From assembly GCA_046483845.1 (NCBI GenBank), contig JAWOCK010000098.1:655-64654 (forward strand): a stretch of DNA of 64,000 nucleotides, read 5' to 3'. Under the pieces are notes generated by a model, which worked only from the letters and a program-made list of their open reading frames with translations, did no database searches and was not told the DNA's origin. The DNA comes from Thermoplasmatota archaeon (GTDB lineage Archaea > Thermoplasmatota > Penumbrarchaeia > Penumbrarchaeales > Penumbrarchaeaceae). Shown here in pieces: positions 37,101-46,332 of the stretch; the first letter of the stretch is position 1, and every line of letters starts with the position of its first letter. Both the position numbers and the translations under genes were made by a program.

Positions 37101-39533
37101 AACGGACCGTCTGGGGTACTGCTCGTTATAATGGACGGTCACGGGTTCGTCCCTGGTGACACGGACCTCACCCGGACCTGGCATAGATGTCGTGACCTTG
37201 ACACTCCCCTTGAAGATACCGATTCCCTTCCCGCCTACCTTATCCTCGGTCAGATTTATCATCTCGCCGTCCGTGTCCGATGATGTGTTGACCTTGAGCC
37301 TGACCCAGCCCTCCCCCGTGAGATTTGCGTCCGAAAGTTCGAAGTCGGCCGAGGAGCCGTTGGCGGGAACGAACGGTGCCTTCCAGTTGAGTGAACTTGC
37401 GGCTCCGGATATGTTGCCCGAGAGTACCAAGGCATATGGTTGAGGTCCCTGGGAAACGGAGTATCCGGAAACGTTGATACCATACACTCCCGATGATGGG
37501 GATCGGATCAGGACTCTCTCCACATTGTTCCTTCGATCATGCTGGCTGGTCGAGTTGTATACCAGACCGTTTCCTTTGTACACCTTACCGTTTGGGGCCG
37601 TAACCTTCAGGTCGAGATCGTTGACGAGTTTGGTCGAGGAGGTGTTGGAACCGGGATAATCCGTCCAGACAAGAGTGACCACCATGTCCGCACCGCCCCC
37701 GGACAGCGTGTAAAGCCTCTCGTGGGTGGAACCCGTGGAAAGACCTGTCTTGTTATCCACGAAGGAAAGCACCCCTGCGTCCGAGTCGTTCGTACACAGC
37801 GAGTTGGACAGGTTTACCCTACCCCATCCCTCATATTTGTTAGGTATGGATGACCAGTTACCGTTCAATGGTCTGGCCCCGTTGATCAGCGTTGCCTTCA
37901 CCAATGCGGATGAGGGGTCATCCAGCCCCTCGATCTCCTCATAGTACTGCCTTATCAAAGCCGTAATTCCCGCCACCAGCGGTGTCGACATGGAGGTTCC
38001 CCCAAGGTAGGCATATTTGGAATTGACACCGACATATGTGGAATTGGAACCCCAATAATGGTTCCAGAAATCACTGATAGTGGAGGCCCTGGTGGAGAGG
38101 ATATAGGTCCCCGGTGCTACAACATCCGGTTTTATCCTGTTGTCCCCCCAGGTCGGACCGAATGAGGAAAAATATGCCATTTCCGACACATTATCGGCTG
38201 AGGAGGACACATTGGGCCTGTAGTTCTCCGATGCGCCCACTGCAATGACGTTCTTCGAGGACGCCTGGGTCGATACCGAATGGTCGCCCACCGTATGGCC
38301 CTTGTTCCCGGATGAAAAAAGAACAGTGAGGTTCTTGTGGCCCCAGAGATAATTATCCGTCTGCCAGGACCTCCAGGTATAGTTCCCATAGGAGGACCTG
38401 GAAGACCAGGAATTGGTCTGTATCCTGGCTCCGTTCTTGAATGCGTCGTTGAAGAGCCTGGTATAGGATGGTATGGAAAGTGAGCCGGTGGAGGTCATGG
38501 TCGATTGAAAGACCAGGTCCGCGGCCGGGGCCATTCCTGAATAGGTACCATTTGATGCTGATCCGTTACCCAGCGCGGACCCTGCAACATGGGTCCCGTG
38601 ACCTCCCTTGTAATCCCACTTTTGGGTGGACGGATTCCAGACATGGATGTCCGGATCGGACCAGTTACCTGTTCTCCCATAGGAATACGCCGCCTTTATC
38701 CTTCCTTTGAAATCCTGGTGAATTGTGGAATTGGAACCGGTATCGAGACCCGTATCGCAGACAGCGATCACCTGTCCGGTTCCGTTAAGGGATAGAGTGC
38801 TCCTTGTTCCTTCCACGTCCATGATCTCCGCCGCAATATCATTATCAGCACCAATAGTCCCCACGGTGGATATATGCGAGATCCAGCCTTCTGCAGATAG
38901 ATAAGCGATATCCGCCGCCGAAAGATCGAGGTACAGAAGACCGCTGTTGAGGTCAAAGAATGCATCTCGCCCTTCTATGTATGCCATTTCGTCTCCCGCG
39001 GGCATCCTGTAAAGACCCATCACGACCTCGAAGAGGCCTTGGCCGTTCCTGGATATGACCCGGTCAAGGAGTTCGCTCTCCAGTTTGAAGACGGGATGGT
39101 AAGGTGCCGTGGCGCGCACCCCGGGTCTGCTATTGATCTCTTGCCCTTCACAGCCATCATCGTCCACGAGCAAGGTAGATGAGGATACCACGTCCACTAC
39201 CTCGAACTCCTGGAAGATATCCGGGTCGACGGGACCATGGAACTGTACGAGCGATAGTCCGGATCCGCCGAGATCGGGCAGTCCGGAGTAGAGGTCCTCA
39301 TATTTCGCAGGATCGAAAAACCACCTACCGATGATCAAGTCCCTGAATGGGTCATATGGTCGGTCCGGCCGGTCGGGACACTCCGAAAGGTCCGTCCACC
39401 ATTGCGGCGTTAGGTCGTCGATCATGCTGTCCCTACCGACCGTCTGGTCCCCTGATGCTTCTGGGAGGACCAGTGTGAAAGATATCAATATCAGAACAAT
39501 GATCGCCCGATCGATCATTCCATCACAGGACAA
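34176..39533 (-). CDS. Giant (about 1780-aa) subtilisin-like serine protease (S8) with multiple beta-sandwich accessory domains and C-terminal TM anchor
   Basis: Signal peptide (MIDRAIIVLILISFTLVLPEASG). Catalytic triad motifs in canonical order: Asp (IAVCDTGLDTG), His (HGTHVAGSALGNG), Ser (GGTSMSTPLVAGITAL). Long Ig/PKD-like regions follow. C-terminal TM (LFILITAAAISVLLLAAALMIFI) plus a short basic/acidic tail. Confidence 0.85.
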   Translation of the reverse strand: MSCDGMIDRAIIVLILISFTLVLPEASGDQTVGRDSMIDDLTPQWWTDLSECPDRPDRPYDPFRDLIIGRWFFDPAKYEDLYSGLPDLGGSGLSLVQFHGPVDPDIFQEFEVVDVVSSSTLLVDDDGCEGQEINSRPGVRATAPYHPVFKLESELLDRVISRNGQGLFEVVMGLYRMPAGDEMAYIEGRDAFFDLNSGLLYLDLSAADIAYLSAEGWISHISTVGTIGADNDIAAEIMDVEGTRSTLSLNGTGQVIAVCDTGLDTGSNSTIHQDFKGRIKAAYSYGRTGNWSDPDIHVWNPSTQKWDYKGGHGTHVAGSALGNGSASNGTYSGMAPAADLVFQSTMTSTGSLSIPSYTRLFNDAFKNGARIQTNSWSSRSSYGNYTWRSWQTDNYLWGHKNLTVLFSSGNKGHTVGDHSVSTQASSKNVIAVGASENYRPNVSSSADNVSEMAYFSSFGPTWGDNRIKPDVVAPGTYILSTRASTISDFWNHYWGSNSTYVGVNSKYAYLGGTSMSTPLVAGITALIRQYYEEIEGLDDPSSALVKATLINGARPLNGNWSSIPNKYEGWGRVNLSNSLCTNDSDAGVLSFVDNKTGLSTGSTHERLYTLSGGGADMVVTLVWTDYPGSNTSSTKLVNDLDLKVTAPNGKVYKGNGLVYNSTSQHDRRNNVERVLIRSPSSGVYGINVSGYSVSQGPQPYALVLSGNISGAASSLNWKAPFVPANGSSADFELSDANLTGEGWVRLKVNTSSDTDGEMINLTEDKVGGKGIGIFKGSVKVTTSMPGPGEVRVTRDEPVTVHYNEQYPRRSVSSSIMAYIPAEISDVSHDSNGITLTYQDRVIVSINGTAGWKAEFDVVGLGSRQGIAAEDDGIAPDVMANDGIYTGEFTVPNLVVGNYTIRGTIKRSYLPPVHELSASPLIINTNIPRSPLDLSAEPVLIGNSIKLSWESPGDVNLMSYMIYRANESSAGSGEPDDIKLVHTTPDNRTYWVDDGLIDGRRYFYRIRSLNILGFLSEPTEWVRSVPRDETPPRFSFEAYGGPHFVNKVYEINYTTDPDAREVLFHGALDHNNDGDPDTDWALVGRDDTPQDPYDWDTTQLSSPLTEGSIILVRARVEDEAENVNVTDRTVSFIVDNTPPNYFSVSSELVSVLNVSVYRLTGLSEPYAVVKVMKDGSEFISCRADEDGSFETFLTLEEGGNTFRVLFYDRLGNGPSTLEEEVYVVYDPYEPEARISMSNATTSAPFFLDASSSRFIGPDTPLSGLINYTWSIMTRKGEVVLYGKVVDLNIDIPGTYEVSLHVIDSARNHDFNITHFQVTDTDPPQLAEMEDLVVKEDEEIVLSHGYLEDNDPEIMALGSFTWSIMGPDEKVLTGSEVIWTFFTPGSYLCELTVTDTGGCSDSTSFNILVQDVTPPDVIAGEDREVIRGGTISFSAGETKDNDPMFPLDANFTWVEKRSGNLYFGKEVSITFHELGEHRIQFKVVDASGNVDHDIVVINVVTDGTPPELVHVNFRDDPRNMTEESDLLFIFNEEIDPDTIFANIRLQSASGVDIPAEISLSDPRTLVIDPEDELDDGVVYYVFISNGLTDATGERMVPTELEFVVFEPVSIVSVDGSSSFQDEMGYLGKIDVPRSLDIRISGTISINSSVHLIDENGSRIDLQVRWDPENRRFDVLLEDDLEPGRYIMVLDIRDELGRGINGSDRLSFDIVEPETSSHYSGEGGRLFILITAAAISVLLLAAALMIFIRNKKKKENEHPPEQENSPDGPHGAFNDRSEIDSEMGFRGY

Positions 39534-39593
39534 AGTTAGACCTCCATTACGAATCGCACATCTATTCTATTATATTATAAGTAACGGTCACCT

Positions 39594-40058
39594 TCAAACA
39601 AGTGGACCACAGGCCTTCTCACCGTCCACATGATCGTGATCCTCTTCGTCGTCCTTGGGCTTAAGATCGGGACGATCAATACCTTTACCCTTGTAATATT
39701 CATATAAGGCCTTCTTCAAAGCATCCACTGCCAGGAGCGAGCAGTGAACCTTCACAGACGGCAATCCGTCCAGACCTTCGACCACGTCAGCCCACTTCAC
39801 GTTCTCGGCATCTTCCAGATCCATCCCTTTCACTATCTCGGTCAGCATGGATGTGGTGGCGATGGCCGAAGCACAACCGAAGGTTCTGAACTTGATATCC
39901 TCTATCCTATCATCCTTGACCTTTATGGAAAGTTCCATCATATCCCCGCAAACGGGGTTTCCCACCGTTGCCCTGGCATCGGCATCTTCCATCTCGCCCA
40001 CGTTCCTGGGGTTCTTGAAATGCTCCAGAACCTTCTCCGAATATTCCAGTCTTGTCAT
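39594..40058 (-). CDS. iscU: Fe-S cluster scaffold protein IscU/NifU-like
   Basis: …NPVCGDMMEL…FRTFGCASAIATTSM…HCSLLA…, with the three conserved scaffold cysteines. Confidence 0.85.
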   Translation of the reverse strand: MTRLEYSEKVLEHFKNPRNVGEMEDADARATVGNPVCGDMMELSIKVKDDRIEDIKFRTFGCASAIATTSMLTEIVKGMDLEDAENVKWADVVEGLDGLPSVKVHCSLLAVDALKKALYEYYKGKGIDRPDLKPKDDEEDHDHVDGEKACGPLV

Positions 40059-40061
40059 CTT

Positions 40062-41225
40062 TCACACCTTCTTGTTGTAAAGAGGGGACATCTCCCTAAG
40101 CTGGGAAACTATGCCCGGCATGAGGTCCAGAACATATCGGGCATCATCCATCTCATTGGTCGGGTTCAAAGTGAACTGCAGACTTCCGTGTGCCTCCTCA
40201 TGTTTGAGGCCCATTGCCAGGAGCGTCTTTGAAGCTTCGAGGTTCTTCTGGGTGCATGCCGACCCGGAACTGACGGAGATACCGTTCATGTCCAGCAAAA
40301 GGAGCATGCTCTCTCCTTCGATGTGGTCAAAGCGTAAATTCGCATTGTTGGGAAGACGGTGTTCCGGGTGGCCGTTAAGATGGCTCCCTTCTATCTGGCT
40401 CATTCCCTTTATCAGCTTATCTCGTATCCTCTTGATGCGGGGAACGTACACCTTCATGTTCTCTTTGACATACTCGGCAGCCGCCCCCATTCCGACCAAC
40501 CCGGGGACATTCTCGCTACCGCTTCTCAGGCCTCTCTCATGACCTCCACCCTTTATCAAGGATGAGATCCTGGTGCCCCCTCTCACATATAGGGCGCCCA
40601 CTCCTTTTGGTCCCATCATGTCCACGGAGGATAATGTGACCAGGTCCACGGGCACCTTGGTGACATCGAACCTGACCTGGAAGGCAGAGGTCGTAAGGTC
40701 CAGATGAACCAGTGCTCCAGCTTCCTTTGAGAGTTCTGCTATCCGAATGACGGGCTGAATTGTACCAACCTCGAAACTGGCCAGTGGAAGTGTGACCATG
40801 TATGTGGAATCGTCGATCATCCGGGACGCCTCATCTATCTTGATGACCCCGTACTCATCTATGGGCAGCAGTTCTCTGTCGAGTCCGGTACCCTCGACGG
40901 CCGCCGAGGTTGCCCTGACCGAATCATGGTCTACCTGGGAGATTATCAATCGGTTCTTTTCCTTTCCCTTGAAAGGAAGCGGCCCTCTCAATGCGAGATT
41001 GATGGACTCCGTGGCCCCTGACGTGAAGTATATCTCTTCGGGAGACGCCTTTATCAATGAGGCCACACTGGAGCGTGCGTCTTCCATGGAAGTGCGGGGG
41101 ACCCTTCCAAGATCATGTATGGAGGAGGGGTTCCCGAAGTGCTCTGTGAAATAGGGGAGCATCCTCTGGACAACCTCCCCTCTTGTGGGCATTGCAGAAT
41201 TGCTGTCGAAATACACCCTTTTCAA
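40062..41225 (-). CDS. iscS: Cysteine desulfurase (class V aminotransferase, IscS/NifS)
   Basis: VYFDSNSAMP…, PLP-lysine region and the active-site loop SVSSGSACT. The gene is 3 nt upstream of iscU. Confidence 0.9.
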   Translation of the reverse strand: MKRVYFDSNSAMPTRGEVVQRMLPYFTEHFGNPSSIHDLGRVPRTSMEDARSSVASLIKASPEEIYFTSGATESINLALRGPLPFKGKEKNRLIISQVDHDSVRATSAAVEGTGLDRELLPIDEYGVIKIDEASRMIDDSTYMVTLPLASFEVGTIQPVIRIAELSKEAGALVHLDLTTSAFQVRFDVTKVPVDLVTLSSVDMMGPKGVGALYVRGGTRISSLIKGGGHERGLRSGSENVPGLVGMGAAAEYVKENMKVYVPRIKRIRDKLIKGMSQIEGSHLNGHPEHRLPNNANLRFDHIEGESMLLLLDMNGISVSSGSACTQKNLEASKTLLAMGLKHEEAHGSLQFTLNPTNEMDDARYVLDLMPGIVSQLREMSPLYNKKV

Positions 41226-41299
41226 CGGATCACCATTACAGTTCGTTCCATCTAGGACCTGGCACTATAAAAGAATGACACTTGACATGGAAAACTCCC

Positions 41300-41947
41300 T
41301 CATTCGATCTTGTCCTTGAAATAATGTTCTATTATCTTCTTTTGACCTCTCCTCAGGGTTTCAGAGACCGAGGCTGTTGATATGTCGAAGATCCTTGCAA
41401 GCTCCCTTATGCCTATCCTCTTCGGGAAATCATAATATCCCCTCTCCAGAGCGGTCTTGATTATCTTCTCCTGTCTGGGGGTCAATGATTCCTTGTCGTC
41501 TATTGGTTGTATGAGTATCAATCTGGATTCGATACCCTTTTTCTCAAGTGATGCCACCAATTTCTGTATCTGGACCTTTTCGTTCATGACCAGCTTCCAT
41601 TCCACCCAGCTCTGATCATCGGTGGATGCAGATATGAGAAAACATCCCGATTCCAGTATGGACCGGCACCCGCCACACCCCTTGGTACCAACGATAACTA
41701 TTACCTTGTCCTGGTCCACCTGGCTTGATTTCACGAAATCAATATGATCGAGCTCTTCTATCAGTTTTTCAAGTAGTTTAGGGTCCGTTCCGTTAAGCTT
41801 TATCTCTGCTAGGTCCTGGACACCTTCATCCCCGAAAGCAATGGTATCCACTATGCTTATCGAAATGGGAAGCTGTCTGGATATCTTTCCAACCCAGCTT
41901 TCCTTGAGGTTGACCGCTAGGACCGCTTCATACAAGGAATCCACCAC
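41300..41947 (-). CDS. Transcriptional regulator with C-terminal HTH_10 (Bat-type) DNA-binding domain and an N-terminal Cys-rich sensor-like domain
   Basis: C-terminus LTPRQEKIIKTALERGYYDFPKRIGIRELARIFDISTASVSETLRRGQKKI matches HTH_10. The central region has GTKGCGGCRSILESGCF (4 Cys). Located just upstream of iscS-iscU on the same strand. Confidence 0.55.
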   Translation of the reverse strand: MVDSLYEAVLAVNLKESWVGKISRQLPISISIVDTIAFGDEGVQDLAEIKLNGTDPKLLEKLIEELDHIDFVKSSQVDQDKVIVIVGTKGCGGCRSILESGCFLISASTDDQSWVEWKLVMNEKVQIQKLVASLEKKGIESRLILIQPIDDKESLTPRQEKIIKTALERGYYDFPKRIGIRELARIFDISTASVSETLRRGQKKIIEHYFKDKIE

Positions 41948-42054
41948 CCGAATATCCGATGTTCGTAATTAAAGATTGTCGTGAGAAGGTCTGTTCATCT
42001 AGTGGAAAATGTTATTACACTGTAAATGTACATTAACATGAGGGCTCGAGTTCG

Positions 42055-43401
42055 ATGAAAGGAAAGAAGGACGGAGAAAAGGACGAGTTCGAAGAGGACC
42101 GGTTCGATGAGCTCAATGAGAATAATGAGCTCGAGGAGGAGGACGAAGACGATTCCTGGTGGCCGCTCCCATCCAAGGAAGAGGAGAAGGACTGGATAAA
42201 GGAAGAGCTTTCCAAGGTCCAGTGGGACAGCGGATCGAACCCCTGGAAGAAAGAAGCCATGAGGATGAGGGACGAAAAGAGATATCTTGAGAACGAGGTG
42301 ATGCGTCTCCAGAACAAGGTCATGCTCCTCAATGGTGAGCTGAACAGGATGAAATCCCCTCCGCTGATCATCGGTACCGTGATCGATCGTTACACGGATG
42401 AACAGATACTGGTCTCGACATCTGGTGGTCCTTCTTTCGTGGTCAAAGTACTGTCCTCCGTTGACATCCATGATCTGGAAGTGGGAACCAAGGTTTCCCT
42501 GAACAAGGACAACATGTCCGTGGTATCGATACTTCCATCATCAAAGGACCCGCTTGTGGGAGCAGCGGAGATAGATGAAAGGCCGGATGTAAGTTACAAG
42601 GACATTGGTGGTCTGGAGCAGCAGATAGGGGAGCTAAAAGAGGTCGTGGAGCTTCCTCTTATACGCCCCGATCTCTTCAAGACCGTGGGCATAGATCCTC
42701 CTAAGGGAGTTCTTCTCATAGGACCTCCGGGATGCGGGAAGACACTTCTGGCTAAGGCCATCGCCAGAGAGACAAAGGCAACTTTCCTAAGGATGGTGGG
42801 ATCCGAACTGGTTCAGAAATACATAGGGGAAGGGAGCCGGATGGTGAGGGAGCTCTTCCAGCTCGCCAAGGAAAAATCACCTTCGATATTATTTTTGGAC
42901 GAACTGGATTCCATCGCGGGCAGAAGGACCGATTCATCCACATCCGCCGATAGAGAGGTCCAGAGGACCCTGATCCAGCTCCTTTCAGAGCTGGACGGCT
43001 TTGACAACCTTGGCGATGTCAGGATCATCGCGGCCACCAACAGGCCCGACATACTTGATCGAGCGATACTGAGACCCGGAAGATTGGACAGGATAATCGA
43101 GATACCGCTTCCTGATTTCGAGGGAAGGAAAGAGATATTCCGTGTCCACATGAGAAAGATGAAGGTGGACAGAAAAGTGGACCTGGATGAGCTTTCATCC
43201 ATGTCAGCAGACTTCAACGGTTCTCAGATCAAGGCCGTATGCACCGAGGCCGGAATGTTCGCTATCAGGAGCGAGAGGAAGAAGATCACCTCCCAGGACT
43301 TCAAGGATGCTCTCCGAAAGCTCAAGGAGACCAGCGGGGAGGAGATACTCAGATTGTCCCAAACCTCCAAGGGAACGGACAGGTATTCCATGTTCGCCTG
43401 A
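42055..43401 (+). CDS. pan: Proteasome-activating nucleotidase (PAN, AAA+ ATPase)
   Basis: Coiled-coil region, Walker A GPPGCGKTLLAKAIA, Walker B ILFLDELD, second region of homology, C-terminal hydrophobic-Tyr-X-like end. Unusual ~45-aa poly-acidic N-terminal extension. Confidence 0.9.
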   Translation: MKGKKDGEKDEFEEDRFDELNENNELEEEDEDDSWWPLPSKEEEKDWIKEELSKVQWDSGSNPWKKEAMRMRDEKRYLENEVMRLQNKVMLLNGELNRMKSPPLIIGTVIDRYTDEQILVSTSGGPSFVVKVLSSVDIHDLEVGTKVSLNKDNMSVVSILPSSKDPLVGAAEIDERPDVSYKDIGGLEQQIGELKEVVELPLIRPDLFKTVGIDPPKGVLLIGPPGCGKTLLAKAIARETKATFLRMVGSELVQKYIGEGSRMVRELFQLAKEKSPSILFLDELDSIAGRRTDSSTSADREVQRTLIQLLSELDGFDNLGDVRIIAATNRPDILDRAILRPGRLDRIIEIPLPDFEGRKEIFRVHMRKMKVDRKVDLDELSSMSADFNGSQIKAVCTEAGMFAIRSERKKITSQDFKDALRKLKETSGEEILRLSQTSKGTDRYSMFA

Positions 43402-43402
43402 C

Positions 43403-45433
43403 TCAGTGTATCTTTGATCCCGGCGGCAGGTCCTTCATTATTGTAAGCAGGGATACCTCGTCATCATCCTCGGCGGCCAGGAGCATGCCGTTGGACATTA
43501 TACCCCTCATCTTGGCGGGTTTGAGGTTCGCCACCACAATGATCTTCTTTCCCAGCATCTCTTCTTTTTCCACATATCCCTTCAGACCGGCCACCAGGGT
43601 CCTGGGTTCTTCTTCACCCAGGTCCACCTTCAGAACATAAAGCCTGTCCGCATTGGGGTGGTCGGATATCTCAACTACCTTTGCAACTCTCAGGTCCAGC
43701 TTCTTGAACTGGTCGAAATCCACTATATCCATCTTTGGTTCCTCCTTCTTCTTCTCATCCATTTCCGGGGCTGGCACGGACGAGCCCTCTTCCGTTCTTA
43801 GTTCGAGCTTGGTGAACAAAGGACTGGGTCCATGGATGATCATACCGGGTGTGTAATCCTCAAGGGCCCTTCTCCAGTCCATTTCCTCATGTTCGCGGGT
43901 ACCCAGCATGGTGAACCATCTCTCTGCCGCGTGGGGAATGTAAGGGTACATCCCGTACATGATGATCCTTCCGATCTGAAGGGCTACGTTAAGAACGGTA
44001 CCGCATCTTTGTCTGTTCTCCTTGATCAGCTTCCAGGGAGCCTGGTCATTTATGTACCTGTTGCCTTCGTTGACAAGTGACATCATGGTGTATATGCCCT
44101 CTTTCAGTCGGACCTTATCCATTGAGGCCAGTGCGGTTTCGTATTTTTCCCTTGCAGTCTCCAGGATCCTCCGGTCCTCTTCGTCCAGCTCACCTCTCGG
44201 GGGGAGAGTACCGAAGTTATTGGCAAGGAAGGTCACCACCCTATGAAGATAGTTTCCCAGCGCCCCCAACAGTTCCGTGTTGTTCTTCTGCACGAACTCT
44301 TCGAGATCGAAGTTCGAATCCCCCTTCTCGGGCATGTTCAATGATAGGTAGAACCTCAAAGGGTCCACCGGATAATCCTTTAGAAAACCGTTAACGGTGA
44401 CGCCGTGCCCCCTCGATTTGGAGAACTGCGACCCATCCCATTGAAGATATTCATTTGATGGTACGTCATATGGAAGGTTCAGGCCTCCGTAAGCCGTCAG
44501 TATTGAAGGCCATATTATGGTGTGGAAGGGGATGTTGTCCTTTGCCAGAAAATAATAGTGCCTGCACTCCGGATCCTTCCAATAGGACTCCCAGAGTTCC
44601 GGTTGCCCAACGTTCAGGGAATGCAGCTTCGAGGAGGAAAGGTAACCGCAAACGGCCTCGAACCAGACATATATCCTCTTGTCCTCGTAACCTTCCACAG
44701 GGATCGGGACACCCCATTTCAGGTCGCGCGTTATGGCCCTGTCCTTCAGACCGTTCTTTATGAAATTCTCGGTATTGTTCCTGGTGTTCGCCCTCCATCT
44801 ATGCTTGTTGACCTCGATGAATTCCCTGATCTCGGGTTCCAATTTGGAAAGGAGCAGGTAGAAATGTTCTGTCTCTCTGAACTCCGGGGTATCGGAGCAT
44901 GTCCTGCATCTCGGGGACACGAGCTCGTTTGCATCGAGGACCCTTCCGCAGCCATCGCATTGGTCTCCCCTTGCATCCTCCGAACCACAGAAGGGGCAGA
45001 TGCCTTCGATATATCTGTCGGGCATGAACTTACCGCAGGTTTGGCAGTATGGAGCTTCTTCGGTCTTTTTGTCTATGTATCCGTTCTCCTTCAACCTGAG
45101 AAAGATATCGCTGACCACCTTGAAGTGGTGCTCTGAATGGGTCTTGGTATAAATGTCGTAGGAGATCTTCAGATCCTCTATGGTCTTCAGTATCGAGGTG
45201 TGGTTCCTTTCAGCAACCTCCTCTGGAGTGGTACCTTTATTATCGGCCGTCACCGTGATCGGTGTTCCATGCATATCGGAACCGGATACGAAAAGTGTTT
45301 CGTAACCCATCATCCTTGAATACCTTGCGAATATATCAGCAGGCAGCAGGCAACCTGCGATGTGCCCCAAATGGAGCGGACCGTTGGCATATGGCCATGC
45401 ACCTCCGATGAAGATCTTCTTCCTATCTGCCAT
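43403..45433 (-). CDS. metG: Methionyl-tRNA synthetase with C-terminal EMAP/Trbp111-like tRNA-binding domain
   Basis: Start moved to MADRKKIFIG. HLGH motif (PLHLGHIAG), Zn knuckle CQTCGKF…CPFCGS, KMSKS (FSKSRG). C-terminal OB-fold (…DLRVAKVVEISDHPNADRLYVLKVDLG…). Confidence 0.9.
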   Translation of the reverse strand: MADRKKIFIGGAWPYANGPLHLGHIAGCLLPADIFARYSRMMGYETLFVSGSDMHGTPITVTADNKGTTPEEVAERNHTSILKTIEDLKISYDIYTKTHSEHHFKVVSDIFLRLKENGYIDKKTEEAPYCQTCGKFMPDRYIEGICPFCGSEDARGDQCDGCGRVLDANELVSPRCRTCSDTPEFRETEHFYLLLSKLEPEIREFIEVNKHRWRANTRNNTENFIKNGLKDRAITRDLKWGVPIPVEGYEDKRIYVWFEAVCGYLSSSKLHSLNVGQPELWESYWKDPECRHYYFLAKDNIPFHTIIWPSILTAYGGLNLPYDVPSNEYLQWDGSQFSKSRGHGVTVNGFLKDYPVDPLRFYLSLNMPEKGDSNFDLEEFVQKNNTELLGALGNYLHRVVTFLANNFGTLPPRGELDEEDRRILETAREKYETALASMDKVRLKEGIYTMMSLVNEGNRYINDQAPWKLIKENRQRCGTVLNVALQIGRIIMYGMYPYIPHAAERWFTMLGTREHEEMDWRRALEDYTPGMIIHGPSPLFTKLELRTEEGSSVPAPEMDEKKKEEPKMDIVDFDQFKKLDLRVAKVVEISDHPNADRLYVLKVDLGEEEPRTLVAGLKGYVEKEEMLGKKIIVVANLKPAKMRGIMSNGMLLAAEDDDEVSLLTIMKDLPPGSKIH

Positions 45434-45480
45434 GCCAGTAGTGTAGAAGTTCACCATATATGAAATATGGGTATAACGTT

Positions 45481-46332
45481 TCAGATGGCCTTCAGATATC
45501 CCAGTACCGGTTCATAGACAAGTCCCTTGTCCAGCAGTGATGTCACCACCTCCTCCACGGCATCCCTTGACAGTTTTTTCCTCTCTACGTAATCCACCAG
45601 ATCGTTCCACCTGGTACCACTGCCTCCATCAAGCTCATTTATGATATCCACGACCATATCCTCGTATTCCTCCAGTGGGTCCTTTTCATCCTCCGCTTCA
45701 GGAGGGGACCTTCTTACCAGTTCCGCGGTGTCCAATTCCTTGGCGAACATGGTCTTGTTGAGGAAACGGAGAGTGTCCCGGATCATCTCTTTGGAGGATT
45801 CGACCACCTCCTCTCCTCCTCTTGGATCGTCGGGCTTTACGACTTCCATCCAACTGCCTGGTAATGGACCCCTGCCTTCCAGTTTCCAAAGTCTCGCCAT
45901 GGCGTCCCTTGCCGCCATCAGGTTGTACATGGCCCTTTCCTCCTTATCGATCTCCCTGATTATCTCGGGGTTTATGGTGATCACCTTGTTCCCCCTCTTC
46001 GAGACGAATGTGCTCAGCCTTCCCACCACCACCACCGGATATGTGGTCCTGACGTCCTCCATCATCCTCTGGACCTCGGGATCGAACCTTCCAACGGTAA
46101 ATGTGATGCCTCCGGTAGGGTCTGCCACCCTTACCCTGAGTATGGGAGAGTCCTCTGACCCGATATCGACCTTTTCCATGAGTATGCCCGAGATCATCAC
46201 CCGGTATACATTGGCTCCCGTGATGGTCACGAAGGTGCTCCGGGGCCTGCCCTCCTCGCTTGGTACCTCGTCCTCCACCGAATCTATGATCTCCTTGATC
46301 ATCAAAGGATAGGCCGGTTCCCTCCTTTTCAT
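45481..46332 (-). CDS. RPA32-like single-stranded-DNA-binding protein subunit (OB-fold plus C-terminal winged helix)
   Basis: OB-fold region (VYRVMISGILMEKVD…ILRVRVADPTGGITFTV) and C-terminal wH-like block (WNDLVDYVERKKLSRDAVEEVVTSLLDKGLVYE). Overlaps the 3' end of the upstream RPA1-like gene by 4 nt. Confidence 0.6.
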   Translation of the reverse strand: MKRREPAYPLMIKEIIDSVEDEVPSEEGRPRSTFVTITGANVYRVMISGILMEKVDIGSEDSPILRVRVADPTGGITFTVGRFDPEVQRMMEDVRTTYPVVVVGRLSTFVSKRGNKVITINPEIIREIDKEERAMYNLMAARDAMARLWKLEGRGPLPGSWMEVVKPDDPRGGEEVVESSKEMIRDTLRFLNKTMFAKELDTAELVRRSPPEAEDEKDPLEEYEDMVVDIINELDGGSGTRWNDLVDYVERKKLSRDAVEEVVTSLLDKGLVYEPVLGYLKAI

